Virus record (IMG/VR): IMGVR_UViG_3300038443_000672
Source: a virus
DNA: 41,929 nt
Direction: 5' to 3' (one strand)
Positions 14,896-23,821 of the stretch are shown piece after piece. Under the pieces are notes generated by a model, which had not been told where the DNA came from, did no database searches, and saw only the letters and a program-made list of their open reading frames with translations. Position numbers and translations under genes: made by a program. How positions within the stretch are numbered: position 1 is the stretch's first letter; every line of letters begins with the position of its first letter.

Positions 14896-15279
14896 ATGGC
14901 GAACAAAACGCCATACCGCGCCGAATACAGCGAACAGGCGAAGAATTACTGCTTGCTGGGCGCGAAAGACGCTGACCTCGCGGACTTCTTCGGCGTGACG
15001 CAGCGCACGATCATCAACTGGCGCAAAAGTCATCCCGAGTTCGCCGAGGCGTGCGAAGCCGGCAAGACGCGCGCCGATTCGCTCGTGGCTCGAGCTCTCT
15101 ATAACAACGCGCTCGGCGGCGATACGACCGCTTGCATCTTCTGGCTCAAGAATCGGCAGAAGCACGCATGGCGCGATCGGCACGAGATCGACCACAGCGG
15201 CAAGGTGGCCGTCGATCCGATTCAACTGCTGCTCTCGCAAGTCGAGGGCACGCCACTCAAGCCGAAAGACGCCGAGTAA
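14896..15279 (+). CDS. terS: Terminase small subunit
   Basis: The HTH-like LADFFGVTQRTIINWRKSHPEFAEA pattern is common in TerS. It lies immediately upstream of terL. The likely start is MANKT at 14896. Confidence 0.6.
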   Translation: MANKTPYRAEYSEQAKNYCLLGAKDADLADFFGVTQRTIINWRKSHPEFAEACEAGKTRADSLVARALYNNALGGDTTACIFWLKNRQKHAWRDRHEIDHSGKVAVDPIQLLLSQVEGTPLKPKDAE

Positions 15280-15282
15280 GCC

Positions 15283-16776
15283 ATGGATTCGCGGATCAAC
15301 CTCGAAGACTGGAAGAACCCGGTCTGGAGGTTGCACAACCTTTACTGGATCACCGACAAAACGGGCGCCGTCGTCAAGTTCACGCCCAACGCGGAGCAGC
15401 GATCGTTTCTGGAAGCGCTACATTATCGCAACGTCATCCTCAAGGCTCGGCAACTCGGCTTCTCGACACTCATCCAGCTTATTTTCCTGGACGCCGCCGT
15501 GTTCAACTCAAACGTGCGCGCGGGCGTCATCGCCGATTCGCTCGACAACGTGACGGTGATCTTTCGCGATAAGATCAAGTTCGCCTATGACCGGCTGCCA
15601 GAAGGCATTCGCGCCGAGCGACACCCGGTGCAGGACAGCACGAGCGAATTGCTGCTTTCGAACAACTCGAGCGTGCGCGTAGGCACGTCGATGCGCTCCG
15701 GGACGCTGCAATACCTGCACGTGTCCGAGTTCGGGAAGATTTGCGCTAAGCACCCGGAGAAAGCTCGCGAAATCGTGACCGGCGCAATCCCGGCCGTGGC
15801 GCCCGACGGGTTCCTGTTCGTCGAATCGACGGCAGAGGGTCGCGAAGGGCCGTTCTACGACATGGTGGAGCGCGCCCGCAAGCGCATCGGACAGCACCAT
15901 TTGCCGGTCGAGGAACGCTTCCACTTCTTTCCCTGGTATGGGCGCCCCGAATATGAAGCAGATCCGCGCGCCGTCGTCATCTCGGCCAAGGATCACGAAT
16001 ATTTCGATGAGATTCAGCGCAAGGCCGGGTGCGTGCTCAACGAGCGCAAGCGAGCCTGGTACGTGCTCACGCGCGCCGTAATGCGCGAGGACATGAAGCG
16101 CGAATTCCCGAGCACGGCCGATGAGGCGTTCGAATCGTCGAATGAGGGTGCATGGTTCCGCGAGCAATTCGATTTGCTGCGCCGCGATAAGCGTATCTGC
16201 CGAGTGCCGTACGAACGGTCGGTGCCGGTTAACACGTTTTGGGACTTGGGCGCGAACGACACGACAGCCATCTGGTTTCATCAGATCGTGGGCCCCGAGC
16301 ATCGCTTCCTGCGCTTTTACGAGGCCAACGGCCGCACGCTCGACCACTTCGTCACCTATCTGCGCGACACCGGCTACATGTTCGGCGCGCATTACCTGCC
16401 GCATGACGGCGATCACAAGCGCCTGAGCACCGGTTTTCAGAACCGGTCCGTGAAGGAAATGCTGCAAGACCTCGGGGTGCGCGACATCGAGATTGTGCCG
16501 CGCATCGACAACGTGACGGTCGGCATCAATCAAACGCGCTCGGCGCTATCCAGCGCCTTCTTCGACGCCGAACTCTGCAAGGAAGGGCTAGACCACCTCG
16601 AGAAGTATTCGAAGGAGTGGGACGCCAACCGTGGCATGTGGAAAGACCACCCGAAGCACGACATTCACTCGAACGCGGCCGACGCGCTGCGCCAGTGGGG
16701 GCAGAAGCAGAAGAACCTCACGAGCGGCCCGCAGTGGGGCGCCTCCATCAACTACGGAAAACTGGCGATCGCATGA
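15283..16776 (+). CDS. terL: Terminase large subunit
   Basis: 497 aa. Walker-A-like ILKARQLGFST, SEFGK, and a C-terminal nuclease region (WDLGANDTTAIWF). Confidence 0.85.
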   Translation: MDSRINLEDWKNPVWRLHNLYWITDKTGAVVKFTPNAEQRSFLEALHYRNVILKARQLGFSTLIQLIFLDAAVFNSNVRAGVIADSLDNVTVIFRDKIKFAYDRLPEGIRAERHPVQDSTSELLLSNNSSVRVGTSMRSGTLQYLHVSEFGKICAKHPEKAREIVTGAIPAVAPDGFLFVESTAEGREGPFYDMVERARKRIGQHHLPVEERFHFFPWYGRPEYEADPRAVVISAKDHEYFDEIQRKAGCVLNERKRAWYVLTRAVMREDMKREFPSTADEAFESSNEGAWFREQFDLLRRDKRICRVPYERSVPVNTFWDLGANDTTAIWFHQIVGPEHRFLRFYEANGRTLDHFVTYLRDTGYMFGAHYLPHDGDHKRLSTGFQNRSVKEMLQDLGVRDIEIVPRIDNVTVGINQTRSALSSAFFDAELCKEGLDHLEKYSKEWDANRGMWKDHPKHDIHSNAADALRQWGQKQKNLTSGPQWGASINYGKLAIA

Positions 16777-16955
16777 GCATTGCACTCGATATGAAGGTCA
16801 CGCGGATGGAAGAGCAGATCCGCGAAATGACTTCGCTTTGCGCCCAGCTTGCGCGCAACTGCGAGAAAGCATGCGAGGAATTGTCGGAAATGGCGCGCCG
16901 CATCGAACGCCTGGAGGGCAAGCCGCAATCGAAAGCCCGAGGCGTCAATGGCTAA
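16773..16955 (+). CDS. Small coiled-coil protein (60 aa)
   Basis: ATGA overlap with terL. Its stop overlaps the portal start. Confidence 0.5.
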   Translation: MSIALDMKVTRMEEQIREMTSLCAQLARNCEKACEELSEMARRIERLEGKPQSKARGVNG

Positions 16956-19092
16956 GCGCATGACGGACACCGAATTGCTCGGGCTCATCGGCATGTACGA
17001 GAAGTCCGCGCTCGGCTCATCCGTGGCGGCCGGCCCATCGGTGGGCGGCAGCATCAAGCCGGCCAACCAGGACATGACGACGCTCGAAATCGACCGCTAC
17101 AACGCGCTGAACGCCTATTTCGCGCGCCCGCTCGGCAACGAGGTTGAGGACCGCTCGCAGATCGTGCTGCCCGAGCTACGCGATACCGTCGAGTGGATCA
17201 TGCCGACGCTCATGCGCATGTTCGCGAGCGGCAAGCCATGCCAGTTCGACCCGGAATCGCAGGGCGACGAGCAGCAAGCCGAAATCGAGACGGAAGTCGT
17301 GAACTACGTGTTCATGAAGCGCAACGAAGGCTTTTTCATCCTGCACGACTTCTTCAAGGATGCCCTGCTGCTGCGCAACGGCTACATCGATTCGTGGTGG
17401 GAAAAGCGGCGCAAGGCCGTCGTCGAGACGTACTCGGGGCTCACCGAAATCGAACTCGCCATGCTGATGCAGACCGACGACGAAATCGAGGTGTTGGAGC
17501 AATCCGAGAAGATCGATACCATCGTCGGTCCGCTCGGTCGTCAGCAGTACTCGTGCTTCGATGTGAAATTGCGCCGCGTGACGATCGAAAAGCGCCCGCG
17601 CGTCGAATGCGTGCCGCCGGAGGAAGTGCTTGTGTCGCCGCAGGCTCGCCGGGGCCTGGATGACGCCCCATTCGTCGAGCGCAAGCGCACGGTGCTGCGC
17701 TCGGACGTGTTGGAGATGGGCTTCGACAAGGCCGATGTGGATCGCATCGAAGTCGCGCGGCCGGACTGGCTGCAACTCATCAAGATTGCGCGCGACGAGG
17801 TGACGGACGAACTCGGAGAGGAAGAATCGAGCGATCCGGCAAGCCAACAGGTCGAACTTCGCATCGTGTGGATTCGCGTCGATTACGACGGCGACGGCAT
17901 AGCCGAGCTTCGGCGCCTGGTTGTTGCCGGTGACAAGATTCTCGACAACGACGAATGCGAGGAATGCTCGCTCTCGTACTGCTCGCCAATACGCATGCCG
18001 CACCGGCACGTCGGGATCAGCTATTACGACCTGCTGTACGACCTCCAAGTCATCAAAACGACGCTGTTCCGCCAAGCGCTCGACAACCTGTACCTGACGA
18101 ACAACCAGGGCTACGCGGTCGATTGGAAGAACGTGAACATGGGCGACATGCTCGTGAGCCGCCCGGGGCGCATCGTGCGAACCAACGGCGCGCCGGAAGG
18201 CGCAATCATGCCGCTCACGACGCCCTCGAACATGATGGCGCAGGTCGTGCCGGCGCTCGAATACTGCGACTTGCAGCGTGAGATGCGCACCGGTATCGGT
18301 AAGGACACGATGGGCGTCGATGCGGACGCGTTGCAGGACGTGACCAAGGGCGGCCAGCTTGCGGCCATGTCTGCGGCAGCGCTGAAAGTTGAGCTCGTCG
18401 CTCGCCTGCTCGCCGAGGGCGTGAAAGACGTGTTCGGCAAGATTCATCGGCTGCTCATGCGCCATCAGGACAAGCCGCTCACGCTGCAACTCACGGGCCG
18501 CTGGGTCGATGTCGATCCGTCGCAGTGGCGCGAACGCACGCAGGTCAGCGTGAACGTGGGCCTCGGCTCCGGCAACCGCGAGGAATCGCGCGCCAATCTC
18601 ATGTTGCTGGCTCAGGCGCAACAGCAGGTCGGTCAAGCATTCGGGCTTGTGGGGCCGAAGCAAGCCTATGAGACGTTCAAGGCGCTCTCGCACCTGCTTG
18701 GCTTCGAGAATCCCACTCAGTTCGTCATGGACCCGGACTCGCAGGAATACCAGCAGGCGCAAGCGCAAAAGGCGCACATGCCGCCCGATCCGCGCATCGC
18801 GGCCGCGCAGATCAAGACGCAGGGCGATCAGCAGATCGAGCAGATGCGGCTTGCGGCCGCTCAAACGAAGGCGCAGTCCGACGCCGCGCAGGCACAAGCC
18901 GAACTCGTGCACGGCGCGCAGCAGGCGCACACCGAGGCCGCCACGCAGCAGGCTCAAATGCAAAGCGCCGAGTTCCAAACGATCTTCCGCGCGCTCGCGC
19001 AGATTGTTGCGTCGCAGCTTAAACAGGACGCGGCGGCCGATGCCGGCGCGATGATGAACCGAGACATGAGCGAGGTGCGCGGTGGCGCTTGA
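16948..19092 (+). CDS. Portal protein
   Basis: 714 aa, positioned after terL. It has an acidic/Gln-rich C-terminal barrel-like tail. The likely start is MAKRMTD. Confidence 0.8.
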   Translation: MAKRMTDTELLGLIGMYEKSALGSSVAAGPSVGGSIKPANQDMTTLEIDRYNALNAYFARPLGNEVEDRSQIVLPELRDTVEWIMPTLMRMFASGKPCQFDPESQGDEQQAEIETEVVNYVFMKRNEGFFILHDFFKDALLLRNGYIDSWWEKRRKAVVETYSGLTEIELAMLMQTDDEIEVLEQSEKIDTIVGPLGRQQYSCFDVKLRRVTIEKRPRVECVPPEEVLVSPQARRGLDDAPFVERKRTVLRSDVLEMGFDKADVDRIEVARPDWLQLIKIARDEVTDELGEEESSDPASQQVELRIVWIRVDYDGDGIAELRRLVVAGDKILDNDECEECSLSYCSPIRMPHRHVGISYYDLLYDLQVIKTTLFRQALDNLYLTNNQGYAVDWKNVNMGDMLVSRPGRIVRTNGAPEGAIMPLTTPSNMMAQVVPALEYCDLQREMRTGIGKDTMGVDADALQDVTKGGQLAAMSAAALKVELVARLLAEGVKDVFGKIHRLLMRHQDKPLTLQLTGRWVDVDPSQWRERTQVSVNVGLGSGNREESRANLMLLAQAQQQVGQAFGLVGPKQAYETFKALSHLLGFENPTQFVMDPDSQEYQQAQAQKAHMPPDPRIAAAQIKTQGDQQIEQMRLAAAQTKAQSDAAQAQAELVHGAQQAHTEAATQQAQMQSAEFQTIFRALAQIVASQLKQDAAADAGAMMNRDMSEVRGGA

Positions 19093-19363
19093 GGACGAGG
19101 TAAAGCGCGGCGGCGACGCGCGACAGGTGCTCGAATCGACGATCTTCATCGAGGCGCGCAAGCACGTGCTCGATGGGATCGAAACGCAGATGCGGCGCGT
19201 GCCGATGGCCGATCAGACGATGCACACGCGCTTGATTCTCGCGCTGCAATGCTGGGATGCGCTCGAAAAGTACTTGGATCAGATCAAGCAGACGGGCGAA
19301 ATCGCGGACTTCCAACTTGAGCAGCAAGCGGAGCGCAAACGGCGCTTCCAACTGTTCGGCTAG
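19082..19363 (+). CDS. Hypothetical head-assembly associated protein (93 aa)
   Basis: GTG start overlapping the portal 3' end. Confidence 0.5.
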   Translation: MALEDEVKRGGDARQVLESTIFIEARKHVLDGIETQMRRVPMADQTMHTRLILALQCWDALEKYLDQIKQTGEIADFQLEQQAERKRRFQLFG

Positions 19364-19383
19364 ACCACAGCACTTTCGACAAC

Positions 19384-19415
19384 AAAGGCTCGCACTCGCG
19401 GGCCTTTTTCTTTTT
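19384..19415 (+). terminator. Intrinsic terminator inside the late operon (before scaffold)
   Basis: AAAGGCTCGC, loop ACTC, GCGGGCCTTT, then TTCTTTTT. Confidence 0.6.
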
Positions 19416-19426
19416 GAGGCCACGAA

Positions 19427-20536
19427 ATGAGCGACATGCAAGCGACCACCCAAACGGGCGCCGCAGACTTCTCGATGCCTGACGAGTCGGCGTTCCAAAG
19501 TCTCTATGACGGCGGCGCGTTCGAGCCGAGCACGAATGCAAACGCCGCATCTGATGCGGAGGCGCAGCGTCGCGCATCGGAAAGCGCCCAGCAAGCCGCG
19601 CAAACGGGCCGCCAAGACGATCCTGCTGCAAATCAAGGCAGCGAGCAGGACAACGGTGAGCAAGGGCAGCAAGACGGCCAGCAAGCGGCCGGGGAGGGCA
19701 AGGAGGAAGCGCCGGCTTATTCGAGCCTCGACGAATTGCTCACCTCGCTCAAGGTCGATCCCGAGTCGGTGAAGGCGCTCCCGGTGACGGTGAAGATCGA
19801 CGGCGTGGAAAAGGCCGTGCCGCTGGCCGAAGTCATCAAGTCGTATCAGCTTGAGGGCCACGTCAACAACAAGTCGATCGAGGTATCGAATCAGAAGCAG
19901 GCGCTCGAGCAAACGCGCGAGCAGTGGCGTCAGGCCACGCAGCAAGCGTTGCAGCAGCATCAGGCCATGGGTCAGCTTGCGATGCAGATGATCAACCACG
20001 ACTTCCAGAAGGTCGATTGGAACACTCTGCGCGCGAGCAACCCGGCCGAGTTTGCCGCGCTGCAAGCCGAATTCCAGCAGCGCCAGGGCCAGGTTCAGCA
20101 GTTCCTCGGCCAAGTGCAGCAGTACCAGGCGCAGGCCCAGCACGAACAGCAACAAGCCATGCAGCAAAACCTCGCCGCAGAGCGCAAGAAGCTGCATGCG
20201 GCGATTCCCGAATGGCGCGACCCCGCAGCCTTCGAAGCCGCCCTCCAAAAGATTTCGCAGTACGCCCGCAACCTCGGGTTCCAAGACGCCGAGTTGAACC
20301 AGATATACGACCACCGCTACATGCGAATTTTGAATGATGCGGCGCGATATCAGGAACTCCAAGCGAAGGCCCCGCAGGTATTGAGAAAGGTCCGGCAAGC
20401 CCCGCCAGCGGCGGCCCCGGGATCTCGGACGAATGCGAACCCGAGCGACTCGCGCCGTCAGGCCGCGATCGACCGATTCAACCGAAATCCTGGCGACGAG
20501 GACGCGCAAGCAGCCGTCTTCTCGCTGTTCGAATAA
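19427..20536 (+). CDS. Scaffolding protein
   Basis: 369 aa, Gln/Ala/Glu-rich and helical. It lies between the portal and the major capsid gene. Confidence 0.6.
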   Translation: MSDMQATTQTGAADFSMPDESAFQSLYDGGAFEPSTNANAASDAEAQRRASESAQQAAQTGRQDDPAANQGSEQDNGEQGQQDGQQAAGEGKEEAPAYSSLDELLTSLKVDPESVKALPVTVKIDGVEKAVPLAEVIKSYQLEGHVNNKSIEVSNQKQALEQTREQWRQATQQALQQHQAMGQLAMQMINHDFQKVDWNTLRASNPAEFAALQAEFQQRQGQVQQFLGQVQQYQAQAQHEQQQAMQQNLAAERKKLHAAIPEWRDPAAFEAALQKISQYARNLGFQDAELNQIYDHRYMRILNDAARYQELQAKAPQVLRKVRQAPPAAAPGSRTNANPSDSRRQAAIDRFNRNPGDEDAQAAVFSLFE

Positions 20537-20551
20537 GCCTAGGAGTCCAAA

Positions 20552-21532
20552 GTGAGCGTCCCGTCAAACACGTTTCAGACCTTCACGCAAAAGAACATCC
20601 GTGAAGATCTCATCGACGCGATCTACAACGTCGATCCTTTCAAAACCCCGTTCCTGAACATGGCGAAGAAGGCCACGGCCAAGCAAACGAACCATGAATG
20701 GGATACGGATTCGCTGGCGGCTCAAAACCTGAGCAATGCAGCGGTCGAGGGCGACGACCCGACGCCGCAGAACATCACGCCCACGGCGCGCATCGGCAAC
20801 TACACGCAGATCAGCACGAAAACCGTGTCGATTTCGGGCACGTCGGAGGCGGTCATCGCCGCCGGCGGCTCGAACAAGATGGGCTATCAACTGCTCAAGA
20901 AGTCCAAGGAGTTGAAGCGCGACATGGAAGGCATCTTGACCTACAACCAGGCCAAGAACGCCGGTTCCTCGACAACGGCCCGCTTGCTCGCCGGCTTGCC
21001 CGCGTGGTTGCAGCAAAACACGGTGTTCCAGACGGGCGGCTCGCCGTCGGGCGCCAATCCGGCCGTCGCATCGAACGGCTGGACGGACGGCACGAACACG
21101 CGCACTTACAACAGCGTGACGCAGACCGTGACCGAGAATCAGGTGAAGCAAGTGCTTCAAAAGTGCTTCAACTCGTCGGGCGACTGCCCCGAGTACGCGC
21201 TCATGTCCTCGGTGAACAAGCAGAATTTCAGCGCGTTCTCCGGCAACGGCACCCGCTTCAACGAGGTGCAGGACAAGACGCTGCGCACCGTGGTCGATGT
21301 GTACGAGAGCGATTTCGGAGACGTAAAGCTCGTCCCCGACATTTTCCTCGCGCACTCGGGCGACATTTTCTTCATCAATCAAAACTTCGTGCGCGTGGCG
21401 TATCTGCGCCCCTTCCAGACGATTCCGCTCGCCAAGACGGGCGATTCGACGAAGAAGGAATTGCTCGTCGAGTACACGCTACAGATGGGCAACGAGCACG
21501 CGCATGGCGCGATCTTCGACACGGACGGCTAA
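20552..21532 (+). CDS. Major capsid protein (DUF5309/SU10-type, HK97 fold)
   Basis: NIREDLIDAIYNVDPFKTPFLNM...NHEWDTDSL is the characteristic N-terminal pattern. GTG start after AGGAG. Confidence 0.8.
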   Translation: MSVPSNTFQTFTQKNIREDLIDAIYNVDPFKTPFLNMAKKATAKQTNHEWDTDSLAAQNLSNAAVEGDDPTPQNITPTARIGNYTQISTKTVSISGTSEAVIAAGGSNKMGYQLLKKSKELKRDMEGILTYNQAKNAGSSTTARLLAGLPAWLQQNTVFQTGGSPSGANPAVASNGWTDGTNTRTYNSVTQTVTENQVKQVLQKCFNSSGDCPEYALMSSVNKQNFSAFSGNGTRFNEVQDKTLRTVVDVYESDFGDVKLVPDIFLAHSGDIFFINQNFVRVAYLRPFQTIPLAKTGDSTKKELLVEYTLQMGNEHAHGAIFDTDG

Positions 21533-21578
21533 TCGCCACGCGTCACAACTGAGTCTCCTCCACGTTTCAGTGTGGGTT

Positions 21579-21609
21579 TGGGGCGGTCTTCGGATCGCCC
21601 CATTTTTTT
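21579..21609 (+). terminator. Strong intrinsic terminator after the major capsid gene
   Basis: TGGGGCGGTC, TTCG loop, GATCGCCCCA, then a T7 run. Confidence 0.8.
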
Positions 21610-21621
21610 GGGGTTCCGAAA

Positions 21622-22506
21622 ATGTCGATGCTGAAAAAGATTCTGGCTGCGCTTCTGATGGCGCCGCTTCTCGCGCTCGCCTCTCCCGTGCGCGATCATG
21701 GGCTGCCGTTCGATACGGACGGGCTGCCGTCTCCGACGCTCGGCATGGCCGGCGATGTCGCAATCGATCCGTCTACCGGCGTGCTGTACACAAAGGATGC
21801 TGCGCTGGGTTGGCAGGCCAGTTACACGCCGAGCGGATCGAGCAGCACGCCGACTTTTACGAGCGTGACAGTGAGCGGGCTTACCGCCAACTCGATGATG
21901 TATCCGGGTGCGAGCGGCCTGCTGACCTCGACTGCTGCCGCGACGAACGGGCAATTGCTCATCGGCTCGACGGGCGCCGCGCCGGCTCTCGGCACGCTCA
22001 CGGGCACCGCCAATCAAATCAGCGTCGGCAACGGCGCGGGATCGATTACGCTCAGCCTGCCGAACACGTTGGCGATTCCGGGGACGATTTCGAGCATCAA
22101 TGGCACCGCGACGGTCGGCAGTGGGGTGGCGATTGAGGTAGCCACGGCGAACTTCTTGACGCAAGGTGCCAACATCAGCACCACGCCGATTTACACCGTA
22201 CCTTCCGGCAAAGGTGGGCGCTATCGCGTGACGATGAATACCGTGCTGGTCACGCCTGACGGCGCTTCATCGACGCTGCCAAACACTCTTGTTTCGTGGA
22301 CCGACTCGGACAGCAACGGCACGCCGAGCGCCAATATCGGCGCTACTTCGACGGGGAATAACACCAATTCCGCATCGCTTGGGCAAATCGTCGTCTACGC
22401 CAAGGCCGGCACCGCGATCAACATTGCCACGAATGGCTACACCTCCGGTACCGCTGGCGCGATGAAGTACAACGCGCGGTATCAGGTCGATTACCTCGGC
22501 CAGTAA
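21622..22506 (+). CDS. Fibre-repeat protein with an N-terminal Sec-type signal peptide (head fibre or secreted paralogue)
   Basis: MSMLKKILAALLMAPLLALA|SP. Later, TNGQLLIGSTGAAPALGTLTGTANQISVGNGAGSITLSLP fibre-type repeats. Confidence 0.6.
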   Translation: MSMLKKILAALLMAPLLALASPVRDHGLPFDTDGLPSPTLGMAGDVAIDPSTGVLYTKDAALGWQASYTPSGSSSTPTFTSVTVSGLTANSMMYPGASGLLTSTAAATNGQLLIGSTGAAPALGTLTGTANQISVGNGAGSITLSLPNTLAIPGTISSINGTATVGSGVAIEVATANFLTQGANISTTPIYTVPSGKGGRYRVTMNTVLVTPDGASSTLPNTLVSWTDSDSNGTPSANIGATSTGNNTNSASLGQIVVYAKAGTAINIATNGYTSGTAGAMKYNARYQVDYLGQ

Positions 22507-22517
22507 GGAGACACGCC

Positions 22518-22829
22518 ATGTCCAAATGGGCTCCTATCTCGCCCTGGCGGCCGATTGCCGGCGTCGGCCAAAACCTGACGATCGGCGGCGCCTCCGTTGC
22601 CTCGACGGCCTTCGATCCGAACAGCGAGGGCTATCAGGCCGTGTTCCTGTCGGCGACCGGCAACTGCCATATCGCGGTGGGCACCGCGCCTACCGCGACG
22701 GGCACCGACATGCTCGTCAAGGCGAGCGATCCCCCGCTGCTCGTGCGCATCGGCAAGGGCGACAAGATCGCCGTGATTCAGGACGGCGCGGCCACGGGCA
22801 CCCTCAATATCGTTCCGGCGACGCACTGA
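22518..22829 (+). CDS. Beta-rich small virion-module protein (possible decoration/cement protein)
   Basis: AAGGAG RBS, 103 aa. The function is inferred from position only. Confidence 0.5.
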   Translation: MSKWAPISPWRPIAGVGQNLTIGGASVASTAFDPNSEGYQAVFLSATGNCHIAVGTAPTATGTDMLVKASDPPLLVRIGKGDKIAVIQDGAATGTLNIVPATH

Positions 22830-22831
22830 CC

Positions 22832-23179
22832 ATGAGCGATACCACGACGGCAACGGCGGCCCACGGCGCGCCGCTGCAACCGCAGCAGGACGACGGCAAG
22901 CGCATCACGTACCACGAGGAAGACGGAAAGATTCATCTCCGTTACGAGCAGGACGTGGAGGCGGTGCTCAAGGTCAACCACGAACAGCGCGCGGCCGAGG
23001 GTTCGTGCAGTCGTATCGGCGAATTTCACCAGACTTTCCGCGTGCCCGAAGTCGTCATGCTTGAGATCAAGTTCAAGTACGGCTGGGACTACATGAACCG
23101 CGATCACTGGCCATTCGTGAAAGCGATTCTCAAGGGCCCGGAATACGCCAAGTTCCGCACCACCAATCGGAAGATTTGA
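22832..23179 (+). CDS. Hypothetical virion-module protein (115 aa)
   Basis: The likely start MSDTTT lies 2 nt after the upstream stop (ORF track 22526..23179). Confidence 0.55.
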   Translation: MSDTTTATAAHGAPLQPQQDDGKRITYHEEDGKIHLRYEQDVEAVLKVNHEQRAAEGSCSRIGEFHQTFRVPEVVMLEIKFKYGWDYMNRDHWPFVKAILKGPEYAKFRTTNRKI

Positions 23180-23182
23180 GCC

Positions 23183-23821
23183 ATGACGATCGTTGCCGAT
23201 TACGCCTCGCTCAAGCAAGCGGTGCAGGACTGGAACGCGCGCACCGAGGCGGGCGACAACATCGATTACTTCATTCAGCGCGCCGAACAGGCCATCTACC
23301 GCGACGTGTTCTCTATGAATGACGGCGTGGGCGTACGGCCGATGGAGGCGAGCCTCAATGCGACGATTTCGAGCAGCGTCGTCGCGTTGCCGGCGGGATA
23401 CCTCGGGCTCAAATACGCGCTCATCAGCATGAGCGGAAACGTCTACCAGCTTGAGCGCCGCAACGCCGAATTCATCTACACGCAATATCCGAACCGGCAG
23501 GCGAGCGGCGTGCCGCAGTACATCGCGCGCGACGGCCAGAACTTCGTTTTCGGGCCGTGCCCAGACAGCGCCTACACGATCAGCGGCATTTACTGGCAGC
23601 AGTCGGCCGCGCTTTCCTCGACGAACACCACCACGTGGATGACGAGCGCAATCCCGATGATTCTGCTCGCGGCCTGCAACAAGGCGATTGCCGCGTTCAA
23701 CAAGGATGCCGAGGCGGCGCAGTGGTGGGACGCCGACTATCGCGATCAGATGGGCGCCTTTTTACTGGCTGACCGCGCCGAGGAACAAAGCGGCTCGGCC
23801 TTCGCGATGGTGGCTGCCTGA
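23183..23821 (+). CDS. Putative head-tail adaptor (T7 gp11-like position)
   Basis: 212 aa. The YASLKQAVQDWNAR...FIQRAEQAIYRD pattern is typical of connector/adaptor proteins. Confidence 0.4.
   Translation: MTIVADYASLKQAVQDWNARTEAGDNIDYFIQRAEQAIYRDVFSMNDGVGVRPMEASLNATISSSVVALPAGYLGLKYALISMSGNVYQLERRNAEFIYTQYPNRQASGVPQYIARDGQNFVFGPCPDSAYTISGIYWQQSAALSSTNTTTWMTSAIPMILLAACNKAIAAFNKDAEAAQWWDADYRDQMGAFLLADRAEEQSGSAFAMVAA

Noticed and set aside
17176-19161. 661-aa minus-strand ORF antisense to the portal gene. Similar long antisense ORFs occur at 19019..20509, 28142..29857, 15508..16533, 26808..27812, 20564..21382 and 30712..31464.
   Set aside because: These are typical shadow ORFs of GC-rich DNA. 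Their translations are Arg/His/Leu/Ala-rich low complexity with no motifs. The opposite strand carries recognisable portal, scaffold, terminase, capsid and virion proteins with proper RBSs and operon packing.
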